Positions 13,010 through 24,864 are shown, numbered from the stretch's first letter. The stretch: 64,000 nt of DNA from Malacoraja senta (GCA_038087875.1 CM075986.1:24490001-24554000), one strand, 5' to 3'. Numbers and translations: made by a program. Notes: a model not told the origin generated them from the sequence alone.

Positions 13010-13275
13010 AACAGCATAGGCCAGGAACAGGCCTTTGGCCCACAATATTTGGACTGAAAATGATGCGAGGTTAAGCTAATCTCGCCTGCTTGCACATGGT
13101 CCATATCCCTTCATTCCCTGCATATCCACATGGCTATCTAAAAGCCTCTTAAATGCCACTATCGTGTCTGTCTCAACCATCACCCCGGGTTGCGCATTCC
13201 AGGCACCCACCGCAAACCGTGAAAAACACGACTCGCACATCTCCTTTAAATTATGCTCCTCTCACCTTAAAGCTA
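13010..13275 (-). mobile_element. CR1 LINE 3' end
   Basis: GGAACAGGCCTTTGGCCCAC..CTAAAAGCCTCTTAAATGCCACTATC..CTCTCACCTTAA shared with 9742, 16339 and 42530. Confidence 0.75.
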
Positions 13276-13929
13276 CCTTCGTGAAATCTCCATGTATACT
13301 TGCTAGAATGAAGCTGAAACGTCCACGTTAGGTTTAAGTCAGTAGATAATGCTGGAAATGTTGTCCAAATCAGTCTGAAGAAAGGTCCTGACCAGGAATG
13401 TCACTTCTCCATGTTCTCCAGAGATGCTGCCTCACCCACTGCCTGACCCCAGCATGTTGTGTCTTTTTCTGGAAACAATCAGCAGGTCAGACCTAATATT
13501 GAAACATGAATTATGTTTCTCTTCCTACTGTTGCAGCTGACCTGCTGAGCATGTCCAGCATTTTCTGTTTTGGTTTTAGGTTTTCAACATCTGCAGATAT
13601 TTTCATTTAAATTGGCAGACTGTCATAGAGACTTGAATAGATGATATATTAACATGGAGTTTGCGCCCAATTTACAAGCATTAAAGACAGCACTATAAGC
13701 TCCAATTTATATATGCACATAGCTTAAAAATACTAACATAGGCAATTTTTTCCTGCCTAAATTCATAGCTACAACCTTCGACCCTTACTCAACCTTTGAA
13801 TATTTTCTTCTGACCAGAATGTGCTCAATTCTTCTAATTAAAAAAAATTATTCATTGATATTTGCTCAACTTCCATCAATCTAAAGTGTAAACTGTTAAT
13901 TCTTGAAGCCTAAGCTGCTGATATATACA

Positions 13930-14335
13930 GTAGCTGCTGCTGCATTACACTTCACGCTGCCTCGGCAAGGCAACCAGTATAATCAAGGACGAGTCACACC
14001 CTGGTCATTCCCTCTTCTCCCCTCTCCCATCGGGCAAAAGGTGCAGAAGTGTGAAACCGCACACCTGCACATTGAGGGCAACAATCCCAGCTGTTATCAG
14101 GCAACTGAACCATTCTACCAACAACTACAGAGCAGTCCTGAACCACTATCTACCTCATTGGAGACCCTCGGACTGGCTTTATCTTTAACACTAAATATTA
14201 TTCATGCTATTCCCTTTATCATGTATCTGTACACTGAGGATAGCTCGATTGTAATCATGTATTGTCTTTCCATTAACTGGTTGGCACACAAACACTTTTC
14301 ACTGTACCTCGGTACATGTGAAAATAAATTAATGA
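13930..14335 (+). mobile_element. Rex1/Babar-like LINE 3' fragment
   Basis: Same family as 18930-19405 (CGCTGCCTCGGCAAGGC..CCCCTCTCCCATCGGGCAAAAGG..CCAGCTGTTATCAGGCAACTGAA..CTTTTCACTGTACCTCGGTACA). Confidence 0.75.
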
Positions 14336-16338
14336 CTAATATCTTTATAATTTAATATAATTTTTTTTTTTTCTCTAATCTTTCCAGAGCCCCCAAAATA
14401 CATAATTGCCGAGTGTAGGAACTATCCCTGTGTCTCCGCACTCCAACCAATGTGCATCCTTCAGGCAGGAGTCTTTTACCTGCATAAGCAATGGATCTAA
14501 CTACCATTTGAGTCATCAAGAGTGCACAATGATTTTCTTTTGGCCTTTACCAACATGGCTTCTAACCTCCTATACTTCAGAGACTGCTTAGCAGCAAAAA
14601 ATCACCATTGCTTGCCCAATATTCTGAGCCATGTTGTTTAGCATTTTGTAAGGTTCAAGGAGGTTAAAGAATTATTATACAATATCGCAAAATAATTGCG
14701 TACTTACAGCCTGCTATGGAAAATAATGGTCATATGTAACCATGGACTGGTGTACAATCATTTCTAACACCACTGCTCTTGACAGACAGGTCAGTGCACA
14801 TCCAAGAACCCTGCAGATAGAAATAACAGGGCAATCATTGTGTTCAACAAATTAACCCTGTACAGTACTGTGAGTCATGAACTCTATCACTGCATCCTCT
14901 TGTGGGACCTCCACTTATTTTTACTACAATAGACCCTCCCAGAATCATTAACGAATTGAAAGGCAAATGGCCTGGTCTGGAACTCGAGTTCATTCTCAGT
15001 AAATAAACCATTGAAACATGGCCTTCATTTGAACTTGCTGGTTTACATGAAATAGAGCCATTGTTGAAATAATTTGTTTAAAGGCAAATTCAAATCATTT
15101 TGCTATGCATTTGTTTTCAATTCAGATCTATCTTCCTCAAAGACAATTTGACAACCTATTCAAATCACTTGATGTAGTTGTCAGGAATAGGGCCCAGTTC
15201 AGTTAGCACCAGGCAATTACAAACAATATCCCATAGCATCCATCTGCTTTACTGACGGGGGATGTTGTTTCAATTCTCCGCTCTTTAGAATAAAAAACGT
15301 AGCCTCACAATTAGTCACCGAGTGCCTAGTAGTACACAGGCTGTCAATAACAGGGTCGGTCTGGCTGTGAGGTTTCCAAGCATGTCTCAAATGTACTTGG
15401 ATACTATCTTGTGGGAGTCAGTAATCTGAGGTGTCGCTTCACACCAAGAAAATAAATGTGACTGGAAGTAAAAATCTGAAATCTGTTGAATAGCTCCAGG
15501 GAATGTCCTTTAAATCCTAAATTAATCTAACACAATATTCTTTTCTTCTACTTCTTATCATCCTTTCTGTTGTCTTTTCTTCCTTTTTTTGTACATTTTC
15601 TTTACTCTCTGAAATTGGCATTTGAAGGAGCTGTACAATACGGTAAGATCATCAAGCATAATATCTTATCTCCCTTTTCAGTCAGACTCTGACCTAGGGC
15701 CAGAACTATTCAAAAAACAAACCACTCTGTGAATGGATTAAATCATTCCTCTAAACAGATAGTTTTAACACTCTGCTCTCAATATTTTCTGTCCCAATTA
15801 TTTTATTTATTTTCTCTGTTCTCTTTTTAAATGATTCCATGTCATATTATGTATTGTTATTCATTTTGAGTTTTCTATTTCCTTTGTGTTTTGGTCTTCC
15901 TACACATGGCTGACGGTCATTCACGCTCAATGTTTTCTTTGTGGCCTGCTCCAAAACAATTGCTTTCATTCTAGCTGAGTGATGCTGACAATTTTAGTGC
16001 CAAAATACTGCACTTGCATTGCACAGTCTAAGAGAAAATAACATTAAATAATTCAGAGATAATACAACTCCTTCAAATACCATTCTCAGAAATGAAGAAA
16101 GAGAAATGCACAAATGAAAATAACAATAAGTGCCCCACTTCCATTCACGTTTGCTGCAATGCAGCGGCAGAAAGTGTAATTTATACACATGAAAGTCAAT
16201 ATTCATAGTTATTGTTGCAATTAACAATGAATTTTAATTGTATGAATAACATGCATAAATTCAAGGTGAATCCCTAAGATTTCTGGAAGAAATTATCTTT
16301 CTTCCAAGATGATAGGATGAAACAGTCTACATTTAGAC

Positions 16339-17630
16339 TATAGAACATAAAACAGTAGTGTAGGAACAGACCCTTCGGCCCACAATGTCTGTGCTAAACT
16401 TTTATCTGCTTGCGCATAATCCCTCCATTCCTGCATATCCATGTGCCATCGAAAACCCTGTGTAGACTTTAGGGATAGTGGACACAGGCCCTTCAGCCCA
16501 CTGAGTCCCCGCCGACCAGTGATCACACTGTACACTAGCACTATCCTACACACTGGGCACAATTTACATTTTTGTTTACAGAAGTCAATTAATCGACAAA
16601 CATGTATGGCAGCACGGTGGTGCAGCGGTAGAGTTGCGGCCATACAGCACCAGAGACCCAGGTTCGATCCAGACCACGGGTGCTGCTTCTACGAAGTTTG
16701 TACATTCCCCCCGTGACTTGCGTGTTTTTTTTTCAGGAGCTCCGGTTACTTCTCACACTCCAAAGACGTACAGGTTTGTAGGCTAATTGGCTTGGTAAAA
16801 TTGTAAATTGTCCCTAGTATGTGTTGGATAGCGTTAGTGTGCAGGGATTGCTGGGTGAAGCGGACTCGGTGGGCCGAAGGGCCTGCTTTTGCGCTGTGGA
16901 AGGAAACCAGAACACCTGGAAAAAAAACACAGTCACAGGGTGAATGTACAAACTCTGTACAGATTGCACCCACAGACAGGATTGAACCTGGGTCTCTGGC
17001 GCTGTAAGACAGCAACTTGAGGGAGTGCAGCGTAGATTCACGAGGTTAATTCCCGGGATGGTGGGACTCTCATATGTTGAAAGAATGGAGTGACTGGGCT
17101 TGTATACACTGGAATTTAGAAGGATGAGAGGCTATCTTATTGAAACATATAAAATTATTAAGGGATTGGACACGCTGGAGGCAGGAAACATGTTCCCGAT
17201 GTTGGGAGAGTCCAGAACCAGGGGCCAGAGTTTAAGAATAAGGGGTAGGCCATTTAGAACGGAGATGAGGAAAAACCTTTTCACCCAGAGTTGTGAATCT
17301 ATGGAATTCTCTGCCTCAGAAGGCAGTGGAGGCCAATTCTCTGGATGCTTTCAAGAGAGAGTTAGATAGAGCTCTTAAAGATAGCAGAGTCAAGGGATAT
17401 GGGGAGAAGGCAGGAACGGGGTACTGATTGTGGATGATCAGCCATAATCACAGAGAATGGCGGTGCTGGCTAGAAGGGCCAAATGGCCTACTCCTGCACC
17501 TATTGTCTACTGTCTACCACTGCGCCACTGTGCTGTCCCTCTTAAATGCCACAATCGTATCTGCATTTACCACCATCCTTGGCAGCGCGTTCCAGACACT
17601 CACCATTCACCCACCCTGTGTACAAAAATA
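16339..17630. mobile_element. Nested TE cluster: CR1(-) containing a V-SINE(-), which contains a V-SINE(+) at 16608-16897 and a CR1 3' end(+) at 17018-17512
   Basis: Interrupted elements resume across each insert; ORF 17100-17369 (YTLEFRRMRGYLIETYKIIKG) is a typical CR1 ORF2 C-terminus. Confidence 0.8.
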
Positions 17631-18060
17631 TTCACCCCGCTCACAAAATATCCGAGCAATAAATTATTTGGGGAGGGAGTTAAATTGTTTCAGCAGAGGT
17701 ATGGATATGACTTGCATTAAATTTTCACTGAGCCACATTTACTTCATTCAGGCTAAAATGACAAATTGGTTTATTGATGGAATCTGCTTTGGGAGTTTAT
17801 GCTGAGAATATGGAGAGGGGGAGGTTGGCAGCTTCTAAACAATGCTGATTTAGTTCCAGCCTTGACTAACCGGAGCGTGACTGCTCAGCTGACACCGTAT
17901 GTTAAATCAGGCATGGGTAAACTGGTGTTTATCAACATGAATGTTGATTGGGGGATCTGAGTACTAGAGATGGTTACTTGGCATATTTAGAGGGTACATG
18001 ACATGGGATAGTTAGTAAGGCCAGTGGTACAATTGCTGAGGTATGAGACAACATCTTCAT

Positions 18061-18300
18061 TGATCATTACCATGCATGTGAGATCAGTAAACAGCATGCA
18101 GCATTATGTTTATATCCTTGGTATTTCCCTCTTGGCATTATCCTTGGTTGTGACCTCCTTCCACTGCAGCATGGCCATTTGCCTGTCTTCCAGGTGCCAA
18201 ACAGATAGAACCCCCCCCCTCTTTGTAGCCCAAAAGAATCCTGAGGGGTGTCAGAAGATGAGGAAGTCTGCCTCTCCACTTTGCTTCCACCAACTTTCCC
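18061..18300 (-). pseudogene. Decayed Myb/SANT-like ORF, probable Harbinger transposon remnant
   Basis: Minus frame QWKEVTTKDNAKREIPRI*T*CCMLFTDLT resembles the W..VA..V.....R...QC.K.F.DL signature; stops and frameshifts present. Confidence 0.4.
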
Positions 18301-18615
18301 AAATCTGTGAAATAACGCCCATCTGATATTCAAAACTGCCCCTTTAAGAGATGCAGACAAAGGCTCAATCAGTGGTGGCTAACTACAGCTTGTGCTAACC
18401 GGTTTTGGAATTGGACCCTGTGGGTGATGCCAATGAAAATAAACAACAAGTTTGACATGATATTGTGAGTTTGTTGCATTGGGTCAAACAGGCAGAGGTT
18501 AATCACTTATCTTATTCTGACAGCATGTTACCCAGTACTTTTCAGTTAAACTCCCTTTTGTGTCTCAGAAGACCTGGTAAATGAATTACTATGTTTCTCG
18601 GAAGAAAATAGTTCA

Positions 18616-18929
18616 GTTTAGTGTAATTTTAGTTTAGTTTAGAGATACAACGCAAGAACAGGCCCTTCGGCCCACCGGGTCCGCGTCGACCAACGATCCC
18701 CCGCACATTAACACTATCCTACACCCACTAGGGACAATTTTTACATTTACTAACCTACAAACCTGTACGTCTTTGGAGTGTGGGAGGAAACCGAAGATCT
18801 CAGAGAAAACCCACGCAGGTCACGGGGAGAAGGTACAGACAGCATCCGTAGTCGGGATCGAACCCGGGTCACCGGCGCTGCGTTCACTGTAAGGCAGCAA
18901 CTCTACCGCTGTGCCACCGTGACTGCCCA
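18616..18929 (-). mobile_element. V-SINE, full length
   Basis: Near reverse complement of 675-981 including the (CTAAA)n tail. Confidence 0.85.
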
Positions 18930-19405
18930 CTAATGTTGTACCGAGGTACACTGAAAAACTTTTAGTTGTGTGCTAACCAGTCAGCAGAAAGACAATACAT
19001 GATTACAATCAAATTATTTACAGTGTGTAGATACATGATAAGGGAATAATGTTTAGTGCAAGATAAAGCCAACAAAGTCCGGTTAAGGGACATCAAAGAG
19101 AAAGATAGTAGTTCAGCAGTGCTCTCTGGTTGTGGTAGGATGATTCAATTGCCTGATAACAGCTGGGAAGAAACTGTTCCTGAATCTGGTGGTGTGCGTT
19201 TTCACACTTCTATACCTTTTGCCTGATGGAAGAGGGGAGAAGAGGGAGTGGCCTGGGTGCAACTCGTCCTTGATTATGCTGCTGGCCTTGCCGAGGCAAC
19301 GCGAGGTATAAATGGAATCAATAGAAGGGAAGTTGATGGCCTGGGCTGCATCACCAATTTGCTGCAATTTCTTACAGTCCTGGATGGAGCAGTTCCCAAA
19401 CCAAT
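18930..19405 (-). mobile_element. Rex1/Babar-like LINE 3' end
   Basis: ORF 19113-19367 PSIDSIYTSRCLGKASSIIKDELHPGHSLFSPLPSGKRYRS..RFRNSFFPAVIRQLN is a Rex1-type ORF2 C-terminus. Confidence 0.85.
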
Positions 19406-19411
19406 CTGTGA

Positions 19412-19672
19412 GGGCATAGGTTTCAGGTGAGAGGGGGTAAGTTTAAAGGAGATTTACGAGGCAATGTTTTTTACACAGAGTGATAGGTGCCTGGAATGAA
19501 CTGCTGGGGAGGTGGCAAATAGCGACATTTAAGAGCATTTTAGACAAACACATGGACAGCCTGGGTCAGGAGGGATATATACCACATGTAGGTAAATGTG
19601 CAGTTTAAATTTAAATCATGTTTGGCACAGACATTGTGGGGTGAAGAGCCTGTTCCTGTACTGCTCTGTTCT
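19412..19672 (+). mobile_element. CR1 LINE 3' end
   Basis: GGGCATAGGTTTCAGGTGAGAGGGG..GGTGCCTGGAATGAACTGC..GCCTGTTCCTGT. Confidence 0.7.
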
Positions 19673-19883
19673 ATGTAGGAAGGAACTGCAGATGCTGGTT
19701 TAAACCAAAGATAGACACAAAAAGCTGGAGTAACTCAGCTGGACATGCAGCATCTCTGGAGAGAAGGAATGGGTGACGTTTTCAGACTCCAGTCTGAAGA
19801 AGAATCTCGACCGAAACATCATCCATTCCTTCTCTCCAGAAATGCTGCATGTCCAGCTGAGTTACTCCAGTTTTTGTGTCTAT
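19673..19883. mobile_element. Penelope-derived fold-back element, 12-bp TSD
   Basis: CTGCTCTGTTCT at 19661-19672 and 19884-19895; complementary arms around CTGAAGAAGAATCTCGACCGAAAC. Confidence 0.8.
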
Positions 19884-20174
19884 CTGCTCTGTTCTGTTAT
19901 AAAATGACAAACTGATTAAATATATTTTCATTCACAGCACTGTATAGATAAGTTATTTTAAAGCACTCTCCACGTTGTAACAGCCATTCATCCGTCTGCA
20001 TATCTCCCATGAACCAACCATTCTTTCAATAATATGTCTCTCGTCCAATTATTTATTGTTCCACTCCTTTAAACTCATATCCTTCTTCACTACTGCCTTC
20101 CTCAAAGACAAACCAAAAGTGCTTCCCATAGGTTCTCTTCTATACACAATCCAATCTGAAATCTTTTTCACAAT

Positions 20175-20395
20175 GTAGAAACAAGAAACCGATGCTGGTT
20201 TACCTACGAGAGATACAAAGTGCTGGAATAACTTAGTCGGACAAGCAGCATTCCTGGAGAACATGGATAGGTGACAATTCGCATCGGGACCCTTCTTCTC
20301 GACCCAAAGGGTCCCGACCAGAAACATCGTCTATCCATGTTCCCCAGGGATGCCTCCAGACCTACTGAGTTACCCCAACACTTTGTGTCTTTCCT
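20175..20395. mobile_element. Penelope-derived fold-back fragment
   Basis: Arms CAAAGTGCTGGAATAACT..GGAGAACATGGATAG / CTATCCATGTTCCCCAG..GAGTTACCCCAACACTTTG. Confidence 0.7.
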
Positions 20396-21384
20396 TGAAT
20401 TCTTATTCCTTGTTTACTGGCTTTTCATCACAGTTGTGTGTGTTAGTGTCAAAACCTTTCCTTTGCAGACATATTTGTCGCATTAAGAATGTACTTTAAG
20501 TTTTCATTTTTTGTACCTAAATATATTTCCCGATTACGTAGCATTTATTGTGTTTTTTGTGATGTAATGGGGCTGCATCTTCATGACTGAAGAATGGCGA
20601 ATGCAAATTTCATTGTGGGCCTTATTTTCTATCTAGAGATGTTACTTGAGGAAAAGAAATAGACTTGGAAATAAGAAGATGATCAACTAGTTACCACTGG
20701 GAAGGAACTAAGTATGAAAACTGGCTTGCAATCTAATAAGGCAATCACATTAGTATATTTGATGAACCGTTGACAAGAATAAAACACATTACTCTAGGAG
20801 AAACATAAGAGGATCAAAATATTGTGATGTTTTATCTCTCATTGACTATGATGATGATGATGACACACTATGATTAAACTCAAATTTAATAAAGCTTGAA
20901 GGTACTCATTTGAAGGTAAAGCTAGAATTTTGAGTGGAATATTCTCCCACACACACACACAATGTGAAATGTCCAATTCACTTGAAGACTAATCTTCCCG
21001 AGATTTCCTTAGGGCCGCCATGCATAGGCTAACTAAGGAAAACCTGCTTCATCTTTATTATACCACTGTATTGTCGCAGGGATTGCATTCCGATCAGTGT
21101 ATGAATTGGGATAGATATTTGATTAAGATTGGTCCTCAAGCTATCTTTGCAGCTTTTGATCCTACCATCTGCAGTAATCACCTCTCTGCAGAATATATCT
21201 GTGTCATCATTTATCAGATACTTGGGTGAGGTAGCTTGTTCATCTTGGCTTAACATAAATTCTGTCATCATTGGATTATCATGACCTATTGAGACAGATC
21301 AAATGTTCTGATGTGATAACTATAATCCAGTGATTGCATTAACACAATAAGGTTGCTTTAACTAAAGGCCCGTAACAATTGCTG

Positions 21385-21603
21385 GAGGAAGTTTGTACAT
21401 TCTCCCCGTGACCTGCATGGGTTTTCTCCAAGATCTTCGGTTTCCTCCCGCACTCCAAAGACCAACACATTTGTAGGTTAATTGGCTTGGTATAAATATT
21501 CAATTGTCCCTAGTGTGTGTAGTAACATGTTAATGTTCGGGGATCGCTGGTCAGTGCGGACTTGGTGGGCTGAAGAGCCTGTATCTCTAAACTAAACTAA
21601 ACA
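21385..21603 (+). mobile_element. 5'-truncated V-SINE
   Basis: V-domain through (CTAAA)n tail, as at 770-981. Confidence 0.8.
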
Positions 21604-22284
21604 GAATTAGGCCATTGACACCATTACTAATCAAGAAGCTACCAATATCCAATTAAAATGATATCTGTGGAAAAATCTAAACAAAAACAAAATCGAGTCT
21701 TCAGGCAATTCAGATCTTTCAGCAGAACCAAATATTTTGTGTACAATTTAGATTTTGCACAACATATTAGACATCCTCCACAAAAACCGGCAGGTCTTCC
21801 TCCAAATTCCTATGAAGGGCATAGCTATCAATTTATTGAATATAAAAAGTTTTTTTTGTTTATTATATGTTATTTATGAGTACTGTGTTTACAGGACTGT
21901 TACAATGCGGCAAGGATAATTTTCCTTGCTTGTGTTATTGGTACATATGACATTTAAACACAACACCTGATCAGGATATAAGGCCTGAACCCAGTCTGGC
22001 AACACTAGGCCCTTGCACACTGGAAATGCTGGCAACTGGAAATATATAGGGATTATAATAGGGTTGACAGGCCTGAATCTAGTAATGACCTGATCTTAAT
22101 GTCTTTGCTGATGGAAGATAATGTCAGCTCAGGCGGATGTAACAGGAAATATAAAATAAAAACAATGCACGAATCGCGGTAACAAATCTATGGCAGGTGT
22201 GCTTTCTGAATTGCAATAACCAAAATTCAACCTGGGTTCATTCGGGAAAGAGAAAGTATTTTTCCGCTCTTGTTATTATTGCTA

Positions 22285-22506
22285 TGACGTCAGAGTCTGG
22301 TAGTAAAACTCACCGGGAGGTCGCGTGAAGGGGGAAGGCGGGCGCCTCTGGCTGTGACGGCACCAGTTAGCGTTGCCATAGAGCGTTTCATGTCGCTCGC
22401 CCAATCACAGGCCAGAGTCGAGGACAACCCCTTGGAGTGACGTGGCGGCGATCCAATGGGAACGAGGTAGTTGGAAGCAGGGCCCGCCTTCCCTGAAGGG
22501 GCCAAT
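22285..22506. promoter_or_regulatory. CpG-island promoter motifs: CRE TGACGTCA (22285-22292), RFX-like GTTGCCATAG (22372-22381), CCAAT x3 (22401, 22453, 22502), TGACGTGG (22438-22445)
   Basis: Motifs read directly; they sit at the edge of a CpG-rich block (about 22300-23520) upstream of the FAM117 ATG. Confidence 0.7.
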
Positions 22507-22518
22507 GGTAGTCGGAGA

Positions 22519-22999
22519 GTGAGGGAGCGCCCGGGGGGGGGGGGGGGGCAGTGAGGGAGCGCACGAACAATGAAGGAGCGCGGGGAGCGGACAGTGAGGG
22601 AGCGCGGGGGGCGGGATGAAGGAGCGCGGGGGCGGGGTGAAGGAGCGCGGCCAGTGAGGGAGCGCGGGAGGCGGGACAGGCACGCAGGGGGGGCGGGGTG
22701 AGGGAGCGCGGCCAGTGAGGGAGCGCGAGGGCGGGACAGGCACGCAGGGGGGGCGGGGTGAGGGAGCGCGGCCAGTGAGGGAGCGCGAGGGGCGGGACGG
22801 GCACGCGGGGGGGGGCGGGATGAGGGAGCGCGGCCAGTGAGGGAGCGCGAGGGGCGGGACAGGCACGCAGGGGGGGCGGGGTGAGGGAGCGCGGCCAGTG
22901 AGGGAGCGCGAGGGGCGGGACAGGCACGCAGGGGGGGCGGGGTGAGGGAGCGCGGCCAGTGAGGGAGCGCGGGGGGCGGGACGGGCACGCAGGGGGGAG
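22519..22999 (+). repeat. G-rich minisatellite, about 61-bp unit x6 plus shorter sub-units
   Basis: GGCCAGTG recurs at about 22649, 22710, 22770, 22832, 22893 and 22954; unit GAGGGAGCGCGGCCAGTGAGGGAGCGCGAGGGGCGGGACAGGCACGCAGGGGGGGCGGGGT. Confidence 0.95.
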
Positions 23000-23140
23000 C
23001 GGCCTCCCCGTGTCTGAGGGAAAGTTAGAGCGAGTGTGAAGCGCGGTGTCGGGCAGTGCGGGAGCAGCCAGGGACTCTCCTCAGTCCGTCCAGCTGCTGC
23101 CCAATTTATTGTTCTTTAAACAAACAACCCACCCTTCCCG

Positions 23141-23491
23141 ATGGCATCACAAGTGGCGCCGCGAGTGCGGCCCAGCGGCTCGCCCACCTCCAGCCGCCCG
23201 CAGCCGCTGCGAGCCACCGTGCCCTTCCAGCTGCGAGCGGCCGCCGCCAACAACAACAACAGCAGCGGCCCCGGCAGCGGCAGCTCCCGTCTACCCTCCT
23301 CCTCCTCCTGCTCGCCGCCCTCCGTCTGCGCCTCTCCGCCGGCGGCAAGCCTCCGCAGCGCCTTTCACACTGTCGCCACTTCCACCGGGCCGGGGGCGAG
23401 CAAGAGGCGGCCTGGCGAGCGCTGCCGTCCGCCGAGAGGAAAACCGGGCACTCCGCCTCCTCCTCCTCCTGCACCGCTGCCGCCAGTAAAG
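23141..23491 (+). CDS. FAM117A: GLCCI1/FAM117-family protein (FAM117A-like), coding exon 1
   Basis: MASQVAPRVRPSGSPTSSRPQPLRATVPFQL carries the family QP(L/M/I)RAT(V/I)P(F/Y)QL motif; donor AAG|gtactg at 23491/23492; phase conflict with exon 2 (see findings). Confidence 0.75.
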
Positions 23492-24390
23492 GTACTGCAC
23501 CTGCCGACCGTCGCCACGGCCTCAGCTACAGCTGCACTGTCATTAACCCCAGCCATTTGAAGCAGACAATAAGTTTTACTAACGGTGTTTAAATATATCC
23601 TTTTCATCTGGTGAACAGCCTTCGATTAACAAACAGCTCACCTTCTCTTTCCATTCCCCTGTTTCTACTCTTCCTTTCTATGTAAACATTCCAGTTTTTG
23701 CTTGGAAATCTCTGCAATGATCTTTATGTATTTCCAAATGTGTATACTATCCTCACAGGAGTGCTTCCCCTTAATGACAAAGCTTGGAATTGCAACCTTT
23801 CCTATCAGTGGTCGCTGCAAGTTCTGGAATGGTTTGCACGTATTTTTATATTTGCCAATTCTCTATTTTGTTTTGAATTCTCAACAGAAATAATGAAAAG
23901 CCAAATAGCAATGAGATTTAATCGAATGGTGTGTAAAAGTGTCGCTTAACTTCTAATTTAAGCATTTGTTATGGCTGCAGATGTATCTGGAAACATTGTT
24001 TGGGGAGACAGAAAGGGGAAATGCATTTCATATCGGAAACAGTTTTGTAATTTCATGATCAATTTTACACTTATGTAACGCTAGTTAAAAGCTGCTGTTT
24101 TTTAAGCAAATATATTTTTATAGCTCCATACTTGACGACAGTATGTTTTTTTCCCTTATAACTCAGTCTTGTGAAATAATAGACACGTTCAACTAACACA
24201 AGAATCATTGCATTTTGTAAGCAGTTTTAACTTGAGCAAAATGTAATTATTGTGCAATCTTAATGGATTGCTAACTTGGTTTAACTGTCAGTTCTATAGG
24301 TAGGAATGATTTGTTTCCTCTGTTGACTGTCTTGAGGGAGGAGAAAGAAAATGATTTCAAATGACTTAAACTGATCAGTAGATTATACCT

Positions 24391-24603
24391 AAAGGTAGAC
24401 ACAAAATGCTGGAGTAATTCAGTGGGACAGGCAACATCTCTGGAGAGAAGGAATGGGTGACGTTTCGGGTCTGAAGAAGGGTCTCGACCCGAAACGTCAC
24501 CCATTCCTTCCCCCAGAGATGTTGCCTGTCCCGCTGAGTTATTCCAACATTTTGTGTCTACCTTCGATTTAAACCAGCATCTGCACTGCAGTTCTTTCCT
24601 ACA
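24391..24603 (+). mobile_element. Penelope-derived fold-back element with intact hammerhead core, 15-bp TSD
   Basis: CAGTAGATTATACCT at 24376-24390 and 24604-24618; about 80-bp inverted arms. Confidence 0.85.
24467..24502 (+). ncRNA. Minimal type I hammerhead ribozyme motif (Penelope-type)
   Basis: GGGT-CTGAAGA-A-GGGT(CTCG)ACCC-GAAAC-GTC-ACCC: conserved CUGANGA and GAAA boxes, stem II, palindromic ACGU stem III, GUC cleavage triplet at 24496-24498. Confidence 0.7.
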
Positions 24604-24864
24604 CAGTAGATTATACCTGCTGTGATGAACATAGGTAGCCCAAGTAATGTGCTATCAATTTAGAATCTGTTGGGTTCTGCCATTGCATCTTTAAGTAAAA
24701 TAGATTTACATATTTAGTGCTTAAGCACAGCTGTGGGTTTTCACAACTCCACTGCTCTTTTGAAATGATGCCATCGGAGTTTCTTTCTGTACATGTAGAT
24801 TTGAAAGAGGAAAAAGTAGTAGAGGGGATGTGGTCAGTTTAACTTTAACAAAAAAAAACTCCAG

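Noticed and set aside
22290-22988. Long Pro/Ala/Arg-rich minus-strand ORFs (232, 179 and 153 aa)
   Set aside because: They are translations of the GC-rich minisatellite, which lacks stop codons by composition
22628-22999. Regularly spaced repeats that might suggest a CRISPR array (also 59070-59600)
   Set aside because: No unique spacers, no cas genes, vertebrate context; simple tandem repeats
23046-23607. Overlapping ORFs in several frames over exon 1
   Set aside because: CpG-island composition; only the frame from 23141 carries the FAM117 N-terminal motif
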